The position numbers were made by a program, and so were the translations under genes. The notes below the pieces were generated by a model. It made no database searches, was not told where the DNA came from, and saw only the letters and a list, made by a program, of their open reading frames with translations. A stretch of 64,000 bases of DNA from Octopus sinensis (lineage: Eukaryota), in NCBI RefSeq assembly GCF_006345805.1, contig NC_043012.1:24366001-24430000 (forward strand), in the 5' to 3' direction. Numbering within the stretch: the first letter of the stretch is position 1; every line of letters begins with the position of its first letter. Shown piece after piece: positions 39,476-53,403 of this stretch.

Positions 39476-39544
39476 CGAAACAGTGCGAGTCTGTGGATTT
39501 ACCAAGCGGTGTGTCTTATCGGCCCTCTGTTAGCCCCTACATAT
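39476..39544 (+). CDS. Candidate 69-nt internal exon of an unidentified gene
   Basis: Pyrimidine tract plus CAG acceptor, GTAAGT donor, length a multiple of 3, and CpG-rich unique sequence in an AT-rich setting. Two open frames: KQCESVDLPSGVSYRPSVSPYI (phase 1-1) or RNSASLWIYQAVCLIGPLLAPTY. Product not recognised. Confidence 0.42.
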
Positions 39545-39739
39545 GTAAGTACAGTTCTCATTTTCTTTTCACACTAAAAACTAACTGAAAAATCTGTAGG
39601 AAATGTTCTTTAGACACTGGCCTTAACAGTTCTATTTCCTCTCTCAGTTTGGGATACCAAACTTACTGTTACAGATTGGTTGGATGTTGTTGGGTCAGTG
39701 CCAGTTGTATTAAAGATGAAAAAAAAAAAAGAAAATACT

Positions 39740-39972
39740 GGCAGTAATGTTGTTGTTGATGATGATGATGGTGATAATGATTATAATGGTAATGGTGGTG
39801 GTGGTGGTGGTGGTGGTGGTAATGGTTATTGTTGTTGATGTTGGTGATAATAGTCGTCGTGGTGATGGTGGTAAAGCTGGTTCTTGTTGTTGTTGTTGTT
39901 GTTGCTAGTAATGGTTACAGTAGCTGTAGAAGTTCTTGTTGTCTTTTGTAGTTGTTGTTGTTAATGATGATG

Positions 39973-40004
<32 letters not shown>

Positions 40005-40110
40005 GATTGTTGTTGTGGTGGCAGTAGTAGTTGTAGTAGTAGTAGTGTTGGTGATTATTATGATGATGATAATGATGTTGGTGGTGGTGTGGTGGTGGTG
40101 GTGGTGGAGT
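39740..40110. repeat. Compound GGT/GTT/GAT/ATT/AGT trinucleotide array
   Basis: Seen directly. Confidence 0.9.
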
Positions 40111-40421
40111 TGGTGATGGAATACCGGGATTCTTTTGAGATGCTTCCATTTCCTTCAGTTAATTCTTTCTTTCTTTCTTTTTTTTTCTACCATATCTTTT
40201 TGCCTTTTGAAAACGAGTCTAAAAATTCAACTAACCTTGGAGTCATTCAATTAATCGCAAGCTATTTCTCTCTGACAATTCAATACAATAAATATATTTG
40301 ATTTTTAAAATCATTCAAACCTTAATTTTTCACTTATTTTTACAAAAATAAATAAAATATTCTTCTTGTACTTTGATTTTTAATTCAACATTTTGGTGCA
40401 ACTGCTTCAAAAGAGGATGAA

Positions 40422-40461
<40 letters not shown>

Positions 40462-41097
40462 CAATGGAAAAATAACCCCAAAATTCATCTTGTCTTACAT
40501 TTATTAATATGACAACAGAAATAAAGCAAAAAGCATTTTCTTAACTAAAAAAAAACAACAGAAAAAAAAAAACTTTAGTTGATCATTTTATATCAAAACC
40601 AAGTTAAGATAACAAATTTAGCATATTTTAGCAGTATTTTTCCTTGGATGGTGCTGGCTGTGCTGCTGAAGGTGATGGTAGTAGGGGTGGGACAAAAACC
40701 ATTAGCTTGTCTTTACTAAATTAGATTCCCTATAATGTTTTAAAACAATGAAATTGTTTATTTCAAATGTTTACATTCATCCATAATTTCTTGTGGTTTA
40801 GCGTTAAGCATGATTTATACAATCTTTTAGCTGTATATTTTCTCTCCATTTGAACATTTCATTGTTTATTTTAATTTTTAATCTTTTTTTTTAATTTTCT
40901 TTTTTTCTTCTTTCTTTCTTTTTTTTTTTTTTTTTTTTTTTACTTTCATTGAAGAATTTTGCAGCATTCCTTCCTTTTCACTTACTGCAAATTGTGATTT
41001 AAGATTAATTCCAAGGTTTCTCTTTCTTTCTTTGTTTCTTTATTATATTTATATTTGCTTTTTTTTATATTTTATTCTTTTTTTTACAATATATAAA

Positions 41098-41180
<83 letters not shown>

Positions 41181-41580
41181 GTGTGTGTGGTGTGTACATA
41201 GATATATGTATATAAACATTATGTATGTATATATATATATATATACCTACATTCTACACATATATATATGTATATATGTGTGTGTATATGTACATTGATG
41301 TATATATATATATGTCTATATATGTACACATGTATGTGTATATAATTAATTTTTTTTTTTGCAATGTTTTTTTTGTTTGTTTGTTTGTTATTTCAATGTG
41401 GAAACTTTAACAGTAAGTAATTCTGTAATATAATAATGAGTTGAATTTCAGCAATGAAATTGTTTTGCTTCGAAAAAGACTTGCTTTTCAGTGTCGTCTT
41501 CTGCTCTTGAAATAAAGTGATTTTCAATACAAACTTGAATCACATTAAATTCCTAATGTACTAGATTTTTCTTTCTTTCT

Positions 41581-41612
<32 letters not shown>

Positions 41613-42183
41613 CTTATTTATTTGTTTATTCTGAAATTTGTATTTTCCTTAACTTCATAGTCTTCAATTAAGGGGAAAATAGGGAGGTAGAGAGGAGGAG
41701 GATGAGGAGAGAGTAGGGTGGTGGTGGTGGTGATGATGGTAGGGAGGAAAATAGAGAAAGAGAGTCTACATGAATTCTTGCTGCAGCAAATATGTATGCT
41801 TGCATGTGTTGAAATATATGAGCAGAGAGAGATACATGATCATGATAAATCCAGTTCTAACTATGTAGGAAATGATATTGATTGATATCTATTTTAGATA
41901 AGCTTATTGAATTGACTTATGATATATATTTTATCGTTGAGCTCAGGTTGGGCTAATTAAGAATTCCTGTATAAAAGGTGATATCTGCTTTTTTTTTAAT
42001 CACTGTTATTTTTAATTAAGTTTAGCCGTATATAAATGCACTCACGCACACAGCACACATACATATGTAAAATGTGTAAATATTATATATATATATATAT
42101 TATATATAATGTAAATTTGTGTGAATGTACATGTATCTTTATGTGTATATGAATTAATATGTATGCATTATATGTATGTATAT

Positions 42184-42235
<52 letters not shown>

Positions 42236-42366
42236 GTGTGTGTGTATGTCTATATGTATATGGATTTGGATATATATATATATACATATGCACACACATA
42301 TATATGTATATGTGTGTGTGTTTGTTTGTGTGTATATCCATTTGTATTTATATATAATATGGATTT

Positions 42367-42410
<44 letters not shown>

Positions 42411-42546
42411 ATATATAGTTTGTTACTAGGTTGACATGGAATCCCTTTCACGGCTGTTGCTTACTCCTGAGAATAAACTATTCTTTTATTGAGAACTTTC
42501 AATTTATGGTTCCTGTTGCTTTTAAAAGTCAATCGAATTATTCAGC

Positions 42547-42632
<86 letters not shown>

Positions 42633-42650
42633 TATTATTATTATTATTAT
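42547..42650. repeat. (ATT)n microsatellite
   Basis: Seen directly. Confidence 0.95.
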
Positions 42651-42804
42651 TTTCTTTTTTTCTTCCATTGCTTTCAGGATGCTTTTCAGTTTTTCATTGC
42701 TTTTAGCTTCTGTATGAGTATAATTTGACCTGACAACTAAAATGCATAGGAAAGAGGGGATTTTTCATCTCTTTGCTTTTTTTTTATATGTGTGTATATT
42801 GTAT

Positions 42805-42857
<53 letters not shown>

Positions 42858-43548
42858 TATATATGTCTATGTATGTATGTATGTATGTATAAATGCAGAA
42901 AGCAAGTGTATTCAGCATCAATATTTGCCTACCATTCCTAGAATGAACAATAGCTTTATATCTACTTTGGTCCAAATTCCAGCAATGTCCTAACAGTGTT
43001 TTTACAGCCTTCCTTCTTTCTATATATTCAATGTCAATATTTGTGCTTGATGTTCAGAAAAATTTGTAAAAACAATTTATGAATAGTGTAATCAGTATTT
43101 TAACATGGCTTGTGTCATAATTGAGTGTTATTATAACTACTTGATTGAGTGATGAACCAAAATAAAACCCTTTAATATATTTGACCTTCAAAAACAATTC
43201 TAGCTTTTGTTTTTCTTTTTATTTTTCATCAAGTAAATATTTCTATATTTTGACTTTTTCCAATAATGCAATTTGAATGTGTTTTTGAAAACTCTAAAAA
43301 AATTTTTTTATGCATGTAGCTGGTTTCTAAAAATATTTTAACATATTTATATCTAGTTGTAAAGGAAGTGCTGTAGCGAACTGAGCTAAGCTCTAAATAA
43401 TGTTGTTGTTTAGCCTCGGGTTAGCTCAAATTAAACAGATTTTTGGCTAAAAGGCTTTCAATTCAATATAAGGGTCCTATTTTTCTTTTTTCTTTTTAGC
43501 ATAATGTAGCTTGGAGTATCCAGTATCCAGTGTGTTTTATTTTCTCTT

Positions 43549-43741
43549 TTAAACTCTTAGCATTCAGATTATCCTGTCAGATGTTAATCCTTGTTTATTC
43601 ACTTTGTTTGGAATTAATCTTGCCTTATCTTGTAGCTTCAAGATTTCAGTGATATCATTGTTTATTCTTTTGAATGACATTGTAGGGAAGGTGTTAAAAC
43701 AGGTAGAATATATACGACCAGTTTCAATGCTAAAGGGCTGA
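43549..43741. mobile_element. piggyBac-like MITE copy
   Basis: ttaaactcttagcattcagatt ... atgctaaagggctga. Confidence 0.55.
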
Positions 43742-44017
43742 GTTGGAAATCTGTGATTTTGAATGAGATTAGGCTTGTATTTCAAGCAGGTTGAATGGCC
43801 CTATATGACTTCCTTCAGTGGTACTGGTCCCAGTTGTTGATATTCCACTTATATTCTTAATGCTTTTGGTAAATGCATGAATGTTTCAACTTCTATTTTT
43901 ACAGCTTTCATGAAGTCAGGAGGCTTAATTGATTGATTTTATTGAGAAATCAAATGAGTACCAAAGTAGTCACATTCCATGTTTGGTCCATTTTGCCTTT
44001 TTGTGTTTGAAATACAT

Positions 44018-44065
<48 letters not shown>

Positions 44066-44079
44066 CAATGCAATCTAAA

Positions 44080-44500
44080 TTTTACAGCCTGTATTTTTTA
44101 GTCTTTGGCCAAAAATATGAACCGATAGATTTCTAAAAATTAAGATAGTTAAAGATGAGTTAAGTCTGCTGATTGGTGAATATTCCAGATTAGTAGAAGG
44201 CACTTGTTCAGATGTCCCACAGCAGGACTGAACTTGAGAATACATGGTTGCAAAGCAAGCTGCTTAACCACACAGCTTTGCCTGCACCTCTTATCTTCCT
44301 TTAATGCTATGTTCTATGCTGGCATGTGTTGGACATTTTGACAGGATATGATGGATCCACAGACTACATTTGTGCTCCTCTGTCTGCTTTAGTAGGGTTT
44401 CTATGGCTGCAATGCCCTTCCTAATGCCAACCACTTTACAGAGTGTACTGGTTACTTTTTTTTCCCCCCATGCCATCAGTTCTCTTGAGGTTGTTCTGCA
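44080..44500 (-). mobile_element. Diverged family A head (44080-44288) next to a diverged family C element (44290-44500)
   Basis: ggactgaacttgagaatacatggttgcaaagcaagctgcttaaccacacagc; gcaatgcccttcctaatgccaaccac. Confidence 0.6.
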
Positions 44501-45379
44501 GCTCACAAAACTACGAACCCCAAGGAAGTAGGGTCAGTTTTATGTTAGGAGATGAGCAGGAATTAGGGGATGAATAAATTTAAATGAATAAATTCTCTTT
44601 CTGAAATAAACTTAAGTTTCATTTAACGTCTTTTTAAAATTAGAGGGACAGCACTTGTCTGAAATATGATTCTGGTTTCTGGATTTCAGTGGGAAATAGA
44701 CAGCCTCTGTGACAAAATATATTTGGAAACTGCTGCCACAAATCTACTCCATCAGAATTGACATGGGTTGTTCAGACATACAACAACAACAATAGCACTC
44801 TGTTGCTTTCTTACTATGATAATAAAAAAAAAAAAAGTTTCGAAATACACACACATACACACAAATTAGAAAGTTATTCAATCATGTTACCAATATAGAA
44901 TATATATAAAAAAAAAAAAAAGAAAGAAAGGCAACGTCCTTGTTATTGTTGTTGTTTTTGTTGTTTTAGTGATCATTGTTTTTACATATATTTGGAGATG
45001 GCTGAAATTGGGTGCGTTTGGTTCACTCTATCATTTCTAGACAGATTTATCATTTCCATAACTCTTCTCTGATTCACGGTTTTGTTTCTTTGTTGTTGTT
45101 GTTGTTGTTTTTTCTCCCCCACCCCCACTCCTCATTTAGCTTCACTGAGTTCATTATTTGCATGAGACAAAGTTTATCATAGTAATGTGTTAATATTTAC
45201 ACTTTACTCGTCGACTTCATCACTGGCCAATTAGCTGATTACATTCCCTGTTTCACTCCCTGGTTTGTTCTGTGTTTGCTATATGACTATATCATAACTA
45301 TTTATAGTTTATTACATTATCATTATCATTATTAATATTATTATTATTATTATCATTATTATTATTATTATTATTATTA

Positions 45380-45415
<36 letters not shown>

Positions 45416-45633
45416 CATCATCCCTTTTTCTTTTCCAATAGAATAATTATAAAGTGATGATTAACAGGAATGATAATATTACTAATAATTTGATTTTATA
45501 TCTTCCTTTAAAATGCATTGGGCAGGTGTGAGTGTATTGTGAATTTCTGTTTGTCTATCTATATACATGTGTGTGTGTAAGTGGATATGTGCATGTGTGT
45601 GTTTGTGTATATGTATATATATATATATATAGC

Positions 45634-45671
<38 letters not shown>

Positions 45672-46336
45672 AGTTTTCCAACTCTGACCAGGTTAGTAGG
45701 GAGTGACTTCAAGAGTTTCGGCTGATCATATTAACCCTAGTGTTTACTTCGGTCTCCTACTTTTTTCATCAATTTCTATCAAATGGCTAAGTTAAGCTTT
45801 GACACACATTAACAAGAACACCTATATTCACACACACACACACACCACACACACACACACACACAATCTATATACATATGTATGCACATTATGTGCATAT
45901 GCTTAAGCATGTGTGGTGTTTGTGAACACACCACTAGTAGAGTATTATCTTTAATCTCACACTCCCAAACAATCATATTTATAAAATGTTGTGCATGTTC
46001 ACGTGTACTGTTTCATTTTGTCTCTTTCCTCTCAACCTCACTCATCCTCCCCTTAATGCTTCCATGCTGTCTTATCTCCACTCGTTCATCTTATTACTCT
46101 CCACTTTTAATATAGGTACCTCTCTCCCTTTTATGTACTTTTTTAACCATTATTTTTTTAAATTTTTACTTTACTTTGTTCATTTTCTATTTTTTTTAAA
46201 TTATTAAAATTTTTTAGATGTGTAATATGATTCTAAGTGTTTTCCCTCTTACGTATGAGCTACGTATTCTCAATATGCCATACTGCCAAAAATAGACACA
46301 TGTATTTGTATGTGTTTAACTTATGGGAATAAGCTC

Positions 46337-46410
<74 letters not shown>

Positions 46411-47000
46411 GGTGTGTGTGTTTTTGCATGTATACGTATGCGTCTGTGTGTGGTATGCACGTAGGAAAGTGTGTGTGTGTATGTGTACATCTGCATAACT
46501 GTGGGCTTGTGCATACATATGTATATGCATACTTGTGTGCCCATGATTGCATGTATGTCTGTATACCAGTGTATGCATAGCTTATTCATTTAAGCAAGCA
46601 CTTGGGTGTACCTGTATATGCATTCAATTGCATCTGTGTGTGTGTATCCATTTTATATATATAGATATTCCATACAGCAAATACATCGTATAGTAGTGAG
46701 TTTTCAAGTTTCTGTTGTGTAGTCACATAACATTAAGTATTTTTAGAATACTCTGTTAAAACACCATCTAAGCATCCTTCGGTTTTTTGGGGGGGTTTTT
46801 TTGACCACCAACTTTAGAGCTTTGGCATGAATCTCTCAGCCTTGTGGAATTCCTGCTGTATTCTTGGCTAATAAAAAATTGTGCAGTGTGTGTGTGTAAT
46901 GTGAACCCACTTATTTTCTGTGTTCACTCTGGGGAAGAGCTTTTTAGATAAAAGTAGCTGGTTGATAATACAAATTATTGTACACACATTTCAAATAATA

Positions 47001-47038
<38 letters not shown>

Positions 47039-48309
47039 TACATACACATAGATAGATAGATAGATAGATATGAGTTAGTCACTTGTTACTCTGAATTTCA
47101 CCTGTGGGCACACTGGGTCTTCTATAACTTGGCTGAAGACCCTGTACTCCCAAAGGCTAAACTCAGCGTAACGAGTAACTGACTCACCACTATACAAATA
47201 TCATTAATCTCTGCTAGGGTATTGAGTACTCTTTCTTCTGCCAATCCATGCAAAAACAGCCAAAACTTAAATGATGGATGACAATGACGTTACAATGTTA
47301 TCAAAAGTTAGTAAACTTCCCTCATGTAAAGTTATAAACATCAGTTTATTGAGCACTCTTATGGACTCCTGCTGGAGACTGCATTTTGAATAATTGTGTG
47401 TGGGTGTGTGTTTAAGTTGGCTAAACATAGCTTCATCTCACAACAGTCAAGGGATTCAGATTATAGAAGTTATAAAGTAAAGGTTTCATCTGGTTCTGTC
47501 TATCTCTTTCGGTTTTTATTGGTTAGATAGCAAAGTCTTAAAAGTAGATAGCTGATTTTTTTGTGTTCTTTTAATTAATTTTCAACTTATCCTATTAACT
47601 ACATGTATGTAATGTGTGTGTGTGTGCATGCGTGCGTGCACATTAATATATAAATACATACATATATATAGATTGTGTGTGTAAATATATATATATACAT
47701 ATAATGTTTAAGTTTTGAAACAGAAACTAACTATTTCTGGGTTTTTCTTCTCCACAACTTAAATATGAAAAATGCCAAGAAGAAAGCAATATTAATAGGA
47801 ATGGGTGGGTTAGTGAAAAAAAAAAACAGCTAAAAAGTAAAGAATAAAACGTAATAATTATAATAAACATTACAAAAAAACAAACAAACAAACAAACAAT
47901 ATATATATATATATGTGTGTGTGTGTATATATATAAAAGCTGGAGCAATGAGAAAATATTAGTTGTGTTTCTTTCTTATCACTATAATTTCTAAAAATTT
48001 CTCTTCAGAATCAATTGATATTAAGCTTTTTATCTAAAGAAAGCTGTTCTGAATTGCAGTTTTTGCTTTTCAATCATCTTAAGAAAACACTACTTTGAAC
48101 TTGCCATGCGATCTGACCTGAAGTTGACTCCTAGACTACTATCTGACTATTGCTTGGACCATAAATTCGTTGCTGTGAATAGAATAATTTTTCCCCCCAA
48201 CTACCATATTTTAATTAGTTTCTTCCATGGCAGCTTCTCCTATTGAATAGTCCAATGGGGATCCCCTCCTTGTTTATACTGACTGCCCTCCCTCTTCTTT
48301 TGCCATCAG

Positions 48310-48339
48310 CGCCCCCTTTCTTTTATAATCAGCTTCACT
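48310..48339 (+). CDS. Weak candidate 30-nt exon
   Basis: Branch-like ctgac, pyrimidine tract, CAG acceptor, GTAAAT donor; open as PPFFYNQLH (phase 1-1) or RPLSFIISFT. Confidence 0.2.
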
Positions 48340-50819
48340 GTAAATGTTAGTCATCTCTGTACACTTTTAGAAGGTTCACTGGCTGCTTTCTTCCTGCTTT
48401 TCGGCTAAACAGTTCTTCACTTTGCACAACAAATTGTTGCCTTCATTTCTCATATAAAATGTTGCCTATGTGTATATGCGCGCGTGTGCATATTTCTTCT
48501 TTACATAGTTTGTGCACGTGTGTATTTGCTTATGTATGTGTTAGTCTTCACTGTCTACATATGTGCGTATATATATGTAGAGATGATGTATACATGCACA
48601 TAGTTTCTCACTTTTATACATACTTATATATATATATATATATAGATAGATAGATACACATACATACACACACGCACACACACACACACATGTTTATATA
48701 TATACATACACACATGCACACATGCATAAACATTTGCAATCTAATGTCGACATGGTTGTTATCCTATTGCATGTCGCCAAACTAATTAATGCTGTTTTGC
48801 TGGATATTTTCTGCTTTTGTAATTTTTCTTTTCCTATTAAGATATATTATATGGGTAGGTACAAGCCCATATCCTCAAAGTTATAAACTTTGCCTATTGC
48901 CACTAACAATGATAAAAAACGGTTAACACACACACACATATATAAATATATATATATGTATATATATATATATACACATACACACACAGAGTAAAATGTA
49001 GCACAGTATGATAACAAAAAAACGTGCAGCAAACAGGAAAAAACACACAAAGGACTTGAACATGTTCACCCCTCGTCAGTTATGAACCAGAAGTCATCAC
49101 ATTTTCAAGCCTTATCAATACTATTGTTTAATTAGGTGGTGTTAACAACAGAAAGCTGCTGAGGTGTAAATGAGACAAGTATAAGAATTTTGGGGTCTCT
49201 AGACCAAAGGGAAGATATGTGTGTGTGTGTGTATATATATATATCACTTAAAATTTTGCCATTATAATTTATTATAGACACTAAAACTAGTGAACTAGCA
49301 TAGTTATTAGAACATTATACAATATGTTTTGCTGCATTTCTCAAACTCTTCACATTCTGGACTCAAATCTTACCAAGGTTAATTTTACAATTCATCTTTT
49401 TAGGGCCGATAAAATACAGTACCAGTGATATTCTGGGAACCAATGGCATTAACTATTCCCATCCCCTCAAAACTGCTGGCCTTCTGCCTAAGTTAGAAAC
49501 AACTATTGATACAAAAGCCATGCACTTTTACATAAGTTACTGAGGTTGATTTTTAGCCCCAGGCTAACCCAGACTCAGTAGACCTATGGTCATAAGGCGG
49601 GACCCACCTATGATCAACTTGTCTTTTCCTGCCTCCCATTTGTAATATATGATGTGTGTCTTTTGATCTTTTTAGACACTTGGCTGTGGTTTGAAGGACA
49701 CCTAGCAATTATTTCTAGCAGATCAAGTTACTATACAGAGACTCTCCCTTTGTTCTTCTTGCAGCAGTTGTTGTTTTGCCCTTGATCATCTGAGTGAGGA
49801 ATCCCACAATCAAATGTATTCAAGCTTATTCAATCATTTTGTTTTAAAGATAATTTGAGGAAAATTTAACAGCTATTTCTTGAATTCTGAATGACTACAT
49901 CAAGGCTCTAAATTCAATGCTGCTTGAGAAATTCAAGTGAAACAGTTGTATTCTAATTCTACCAAGTGCTAATAGTACTCTTATAGTACTGCAGTTCCGT
50001 GACATTAGTAGAATTATCATCATCATCATCATCTCTGATAGTTCATTCTTCACATGTTGGCATGTGTTGGTTGCAAACTGCAGGCATGTGTTGGCATGAC
50101 TACAGCATGGTCTTGTCTCTTTTCATTTATCATCCTCTCCCTCTATCCCGCCCTCCCTCTAATCTAACTGCTTCATCCCTAGTCTTTTGTTTACCTCAGA
50201 TGTGTGTGTGTACTTTCCATCAACCATCACTCACCATGAATCATTCATTTACATTACAATACACTCACTTTGGTTGGATTTATTCATCAATGCTCTTTCA
50301 TATTCTAATTGATTTCTTTCTCAACATCATTCATTTGTTTATGCCCAGTCTTTCTTTTTGCACTTCCTTTTGATTCTTTCTTTTTTTGTTTTTTTCTATC
50401 TTTCTTCCCTATCCCCTCTTAGACTAACATTGACCCATCCAGCAGTGTTCCTATTATTACTGAACTCACTACACTTGTATTCAGTATTGTAAAACATCAG
50501 GAAAAGTGGAATAGCAGAATATGTGGAGTTGTGGAGAGAATACTATTAGTGAGGCTATATTTAGTAACATCGCTTCTGAGTTCATGTCCTGCTTGAGTGA
50601 ACTTTGCTTTTCATCTTTCTGGGTTCAATAAAGTAAGTACCAGTCAAATATCATCAGAGCAGGGTTATAGTCAGTGCTACCCTCCATCTCCCACCAAAAA
50701 ATCCTTCGCCTTCAGTTCATATTAGAAATCAATATTGTAAAGATATTGTAAAGCATCAAGATTCTTATAATATTCCCTCTTCATACTTTTCATATTGACA
50801 ATCCTGCAAACGAACCCGC

Positions 50820-51008
50820 TGACACTTGGATTAGCTTCTCAAATGTAACACTTATTTATTTACATTATTTCGAATTAATCATGCATTATCTCGTAGCTTT
50901 GAGATTTCGATGATGTGAATGTTTATTTTTAGAACAACATTGTAGGGTAAGTGTGAGATGTGGGATCTAGCTGGTTGGATATGGTAGGTTTAAATACTAA
51001 ATGGTTAA
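50820..51008. mobile_element. piggyBac-like MITE copy, left end lost
   Basis: Interior homologous to 37715-37925; ends ctaaatggttaa. Confidence 0.5.
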
Positions 51009-52754
51009 AGGAAAATGAAACACTGAAACTGAAGTAGTGTAAGAAAATAAATGTCAATGTTTGTAGTTTTTTTTTGTAGATTTTTTTATGCGGTGATAGG
51101 GGATATAACTGTACCCTTATTTCGAAACTTCGTAGAGCATGACACATTGGTTAAGTGTCTTCTACTATTGTTCTTGGCCGACCAATACCTTGTAAGTATG
51201 TTTGGTAGATGGAAACTGTGGGAGCCCATTGTGCGTGTATTTGTATATATAGATATAAATATAAAGATAAATTAGAGACATACTACTGACAATCCAATAA
51301 TTTATTTATATTATAATATTACATGGTATACTAAGAATGTAATATAACATTTTCCTCTGTTTGTTACTATATGTAGATATATAAAGAGAAAGAGAGAGAG
51401 AGAGAGAGATGTGTGTTTGTGTCTGTCTACATCATAGTTTGATAACCAATGTTTGTTTGTTTATGTTTCCATAACCTAATGGTTTAGCAAAAGAGGTCGA
51501 TGAAATAAGCATCAGACTTAAAAGCAAGTAGTAGGCTGGGGGTCAATTTGTTCAAGATGGGGTCCCACAGCATGGCTTGCAGTGAAATGATCAAGACAAG
51601 GATTCTCTGGAATGGTCTCCTCCCTCTTTGCTTGGTCATCTGCATTGTGTACCCTGTTTATGCTATCCCTTGTTCCTCTAACATTTCATATTATTTACTT
51701 AGTTTCATTATCATTGTTTAGCACCTTCCCCTAGGTCAGCTTTGTCCAATGACTATGACTATAATGACCTATGACTATAATCAAAGGCTTTCCAACCTTG
51801 ACCATCTCATTTGTCTTTTTTTTTTTTTTTTTTCAAACATACTGTATCTACGATTATATGAACCAACGTATCCTCCTATACTCTTTTTTTTTTCTCCTAA
51901 GACAATTGGACAGGATTTAAAAACTTTTTGGTTGCTATTCCTGCCAAGCCATGTGACCAATAAAAGTCTCCCATTCTATGTTTCTGTTAGCAGTTAATAT
52001 CTGTGGTTTCTAAGTAATTCTTATTTTACATTCATTTTCTCATCTGATTTTCATTTGGCTTCCTATAACAATCCAAAGCACAATTTAAGGTAATATATTC
52101 TATGATATCAGTTCAGCTAAATGTTATTACAACAGCACATTCCATATTTCCACTAGTTTTCATGTTCTAGTTCACTTTTCTTCCGGATAGCTTTTAATTT
52201 TTCCTTCCATCGTAGCAAAGCAGACATTTCTTCTTCTTTCATGTTTTTTCTTTTTCTTTTTATTTTTCAAAGAAATGTTTGTTACAGAATCCACTTTCTG
52301 TTTCTTGTTTCCCTTTTATAAACACATTAAAAGCAACAAAAAAAAAGGAGAAAAATAAGAAGATGGGGGGGGGGTTAAAAGGAAAGAGTGGAACAAGCAG
52401 ATATATGTGAGTGTAATATGGATGTCTAATTTATATGTATTTTATATTGGAATTTTTTTTTTCCTTGTCTAAGAATAAATAAATACTACATATGTATTAT
52501 ATCAATAACGAAGTAAAAGTTCACTTTTGCTATGAAATTACCAATGAATATTTGGCAATAAATAGTATGGTTATTGCTGTGATTGCTTGAATGTAAGTGA
52601 AGCTCAATATTTGGTTGAGGAATTTGTCTTGCAGTTATTATTTATGTCCTGGGAAAAAAGGGTTCCCAATTAGGAGTGGGAGTGGAAAAATACATCCATT
52701 TTTTTTCTGTGAAAGCAGCTGCAATAAGTTGAAGTGTGTATACATGCATGCATG

Positions 52755-52789
<35 letters not shown>

Positions 52790-52821
52790 ATAAATATATA
52801 CATATATTCATATATATATAT

Positions 52822-53095
52822 ATATGGTTGTGTGGTTAAGAAGCTTGCTTTGCAACCATGTGATTTTAGGTTCAGTCCCACTGCACAGCACTTTGAGCAA
52901 GTGTCTTCTGCTATAACCCCAGGCCAACCAATGCTTTGTGAGTGAATTTGGTTGAGGAGAAACTGTCTGGAAGCTCATTGTATATATATATATATATATA
53001 TTTAGGCAGCCCCTGGCTCCCCAGACCCCGGTCGAACCGTCCAACCTGTGCTAGCGCGGAAAACGGACGTTAAACGATGATGATGATGATGATGA
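52822..53095 (+). mobile_element. Family A head/CORE, (TA)n, then family C 3' end
   Basis: ggttgtgtggttaagaagcttgc ... gaagctcattg(TA)n ... cccagaccccggtcgaaccgtccaacc ... (GAT)n. Confidence 0.75.
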
Positions 53096-53219
53096 TATTT
53101 ATATATAAAAATATGTAATAAGCACCTGTGCTGGTGTCACGTAAAAGAGCACCCTTGCCAGTACCATGTGCAGAAAGTACCTGTGCCCTCATCACATTGG
53201 AGAGCACCCAGTATGTATG

Positions 53220-53267
<48 letters not shown>

Positions 53268-53403
53268 TGTATATATAAGTTTGAGTTCAGTTAGAACAGT
53301 TTTACTTTGGTGGGGCCAAAGTTAGATTTCTAATAAAGATTCTTCATATTAAATTTGTAGCTTGCTATTGCAAGTATTTTATTAAAAAAAAACGAAAATT
53401 ATG

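Noticed and set aside
26963-42463. Shared 16-mer gagtaagcaacagccg at about 26963 (+) and about 42448-42463 (-)
   Set aside because: Flanks do not align, and a 16-mer match of this kind is expected about once by chance in 64 kb on two strands.
43564-43785. 73-aa non-repetitive-looking ORF
   Set aside because: It lies within a piggyBac-like MITE copy found four times in the window.
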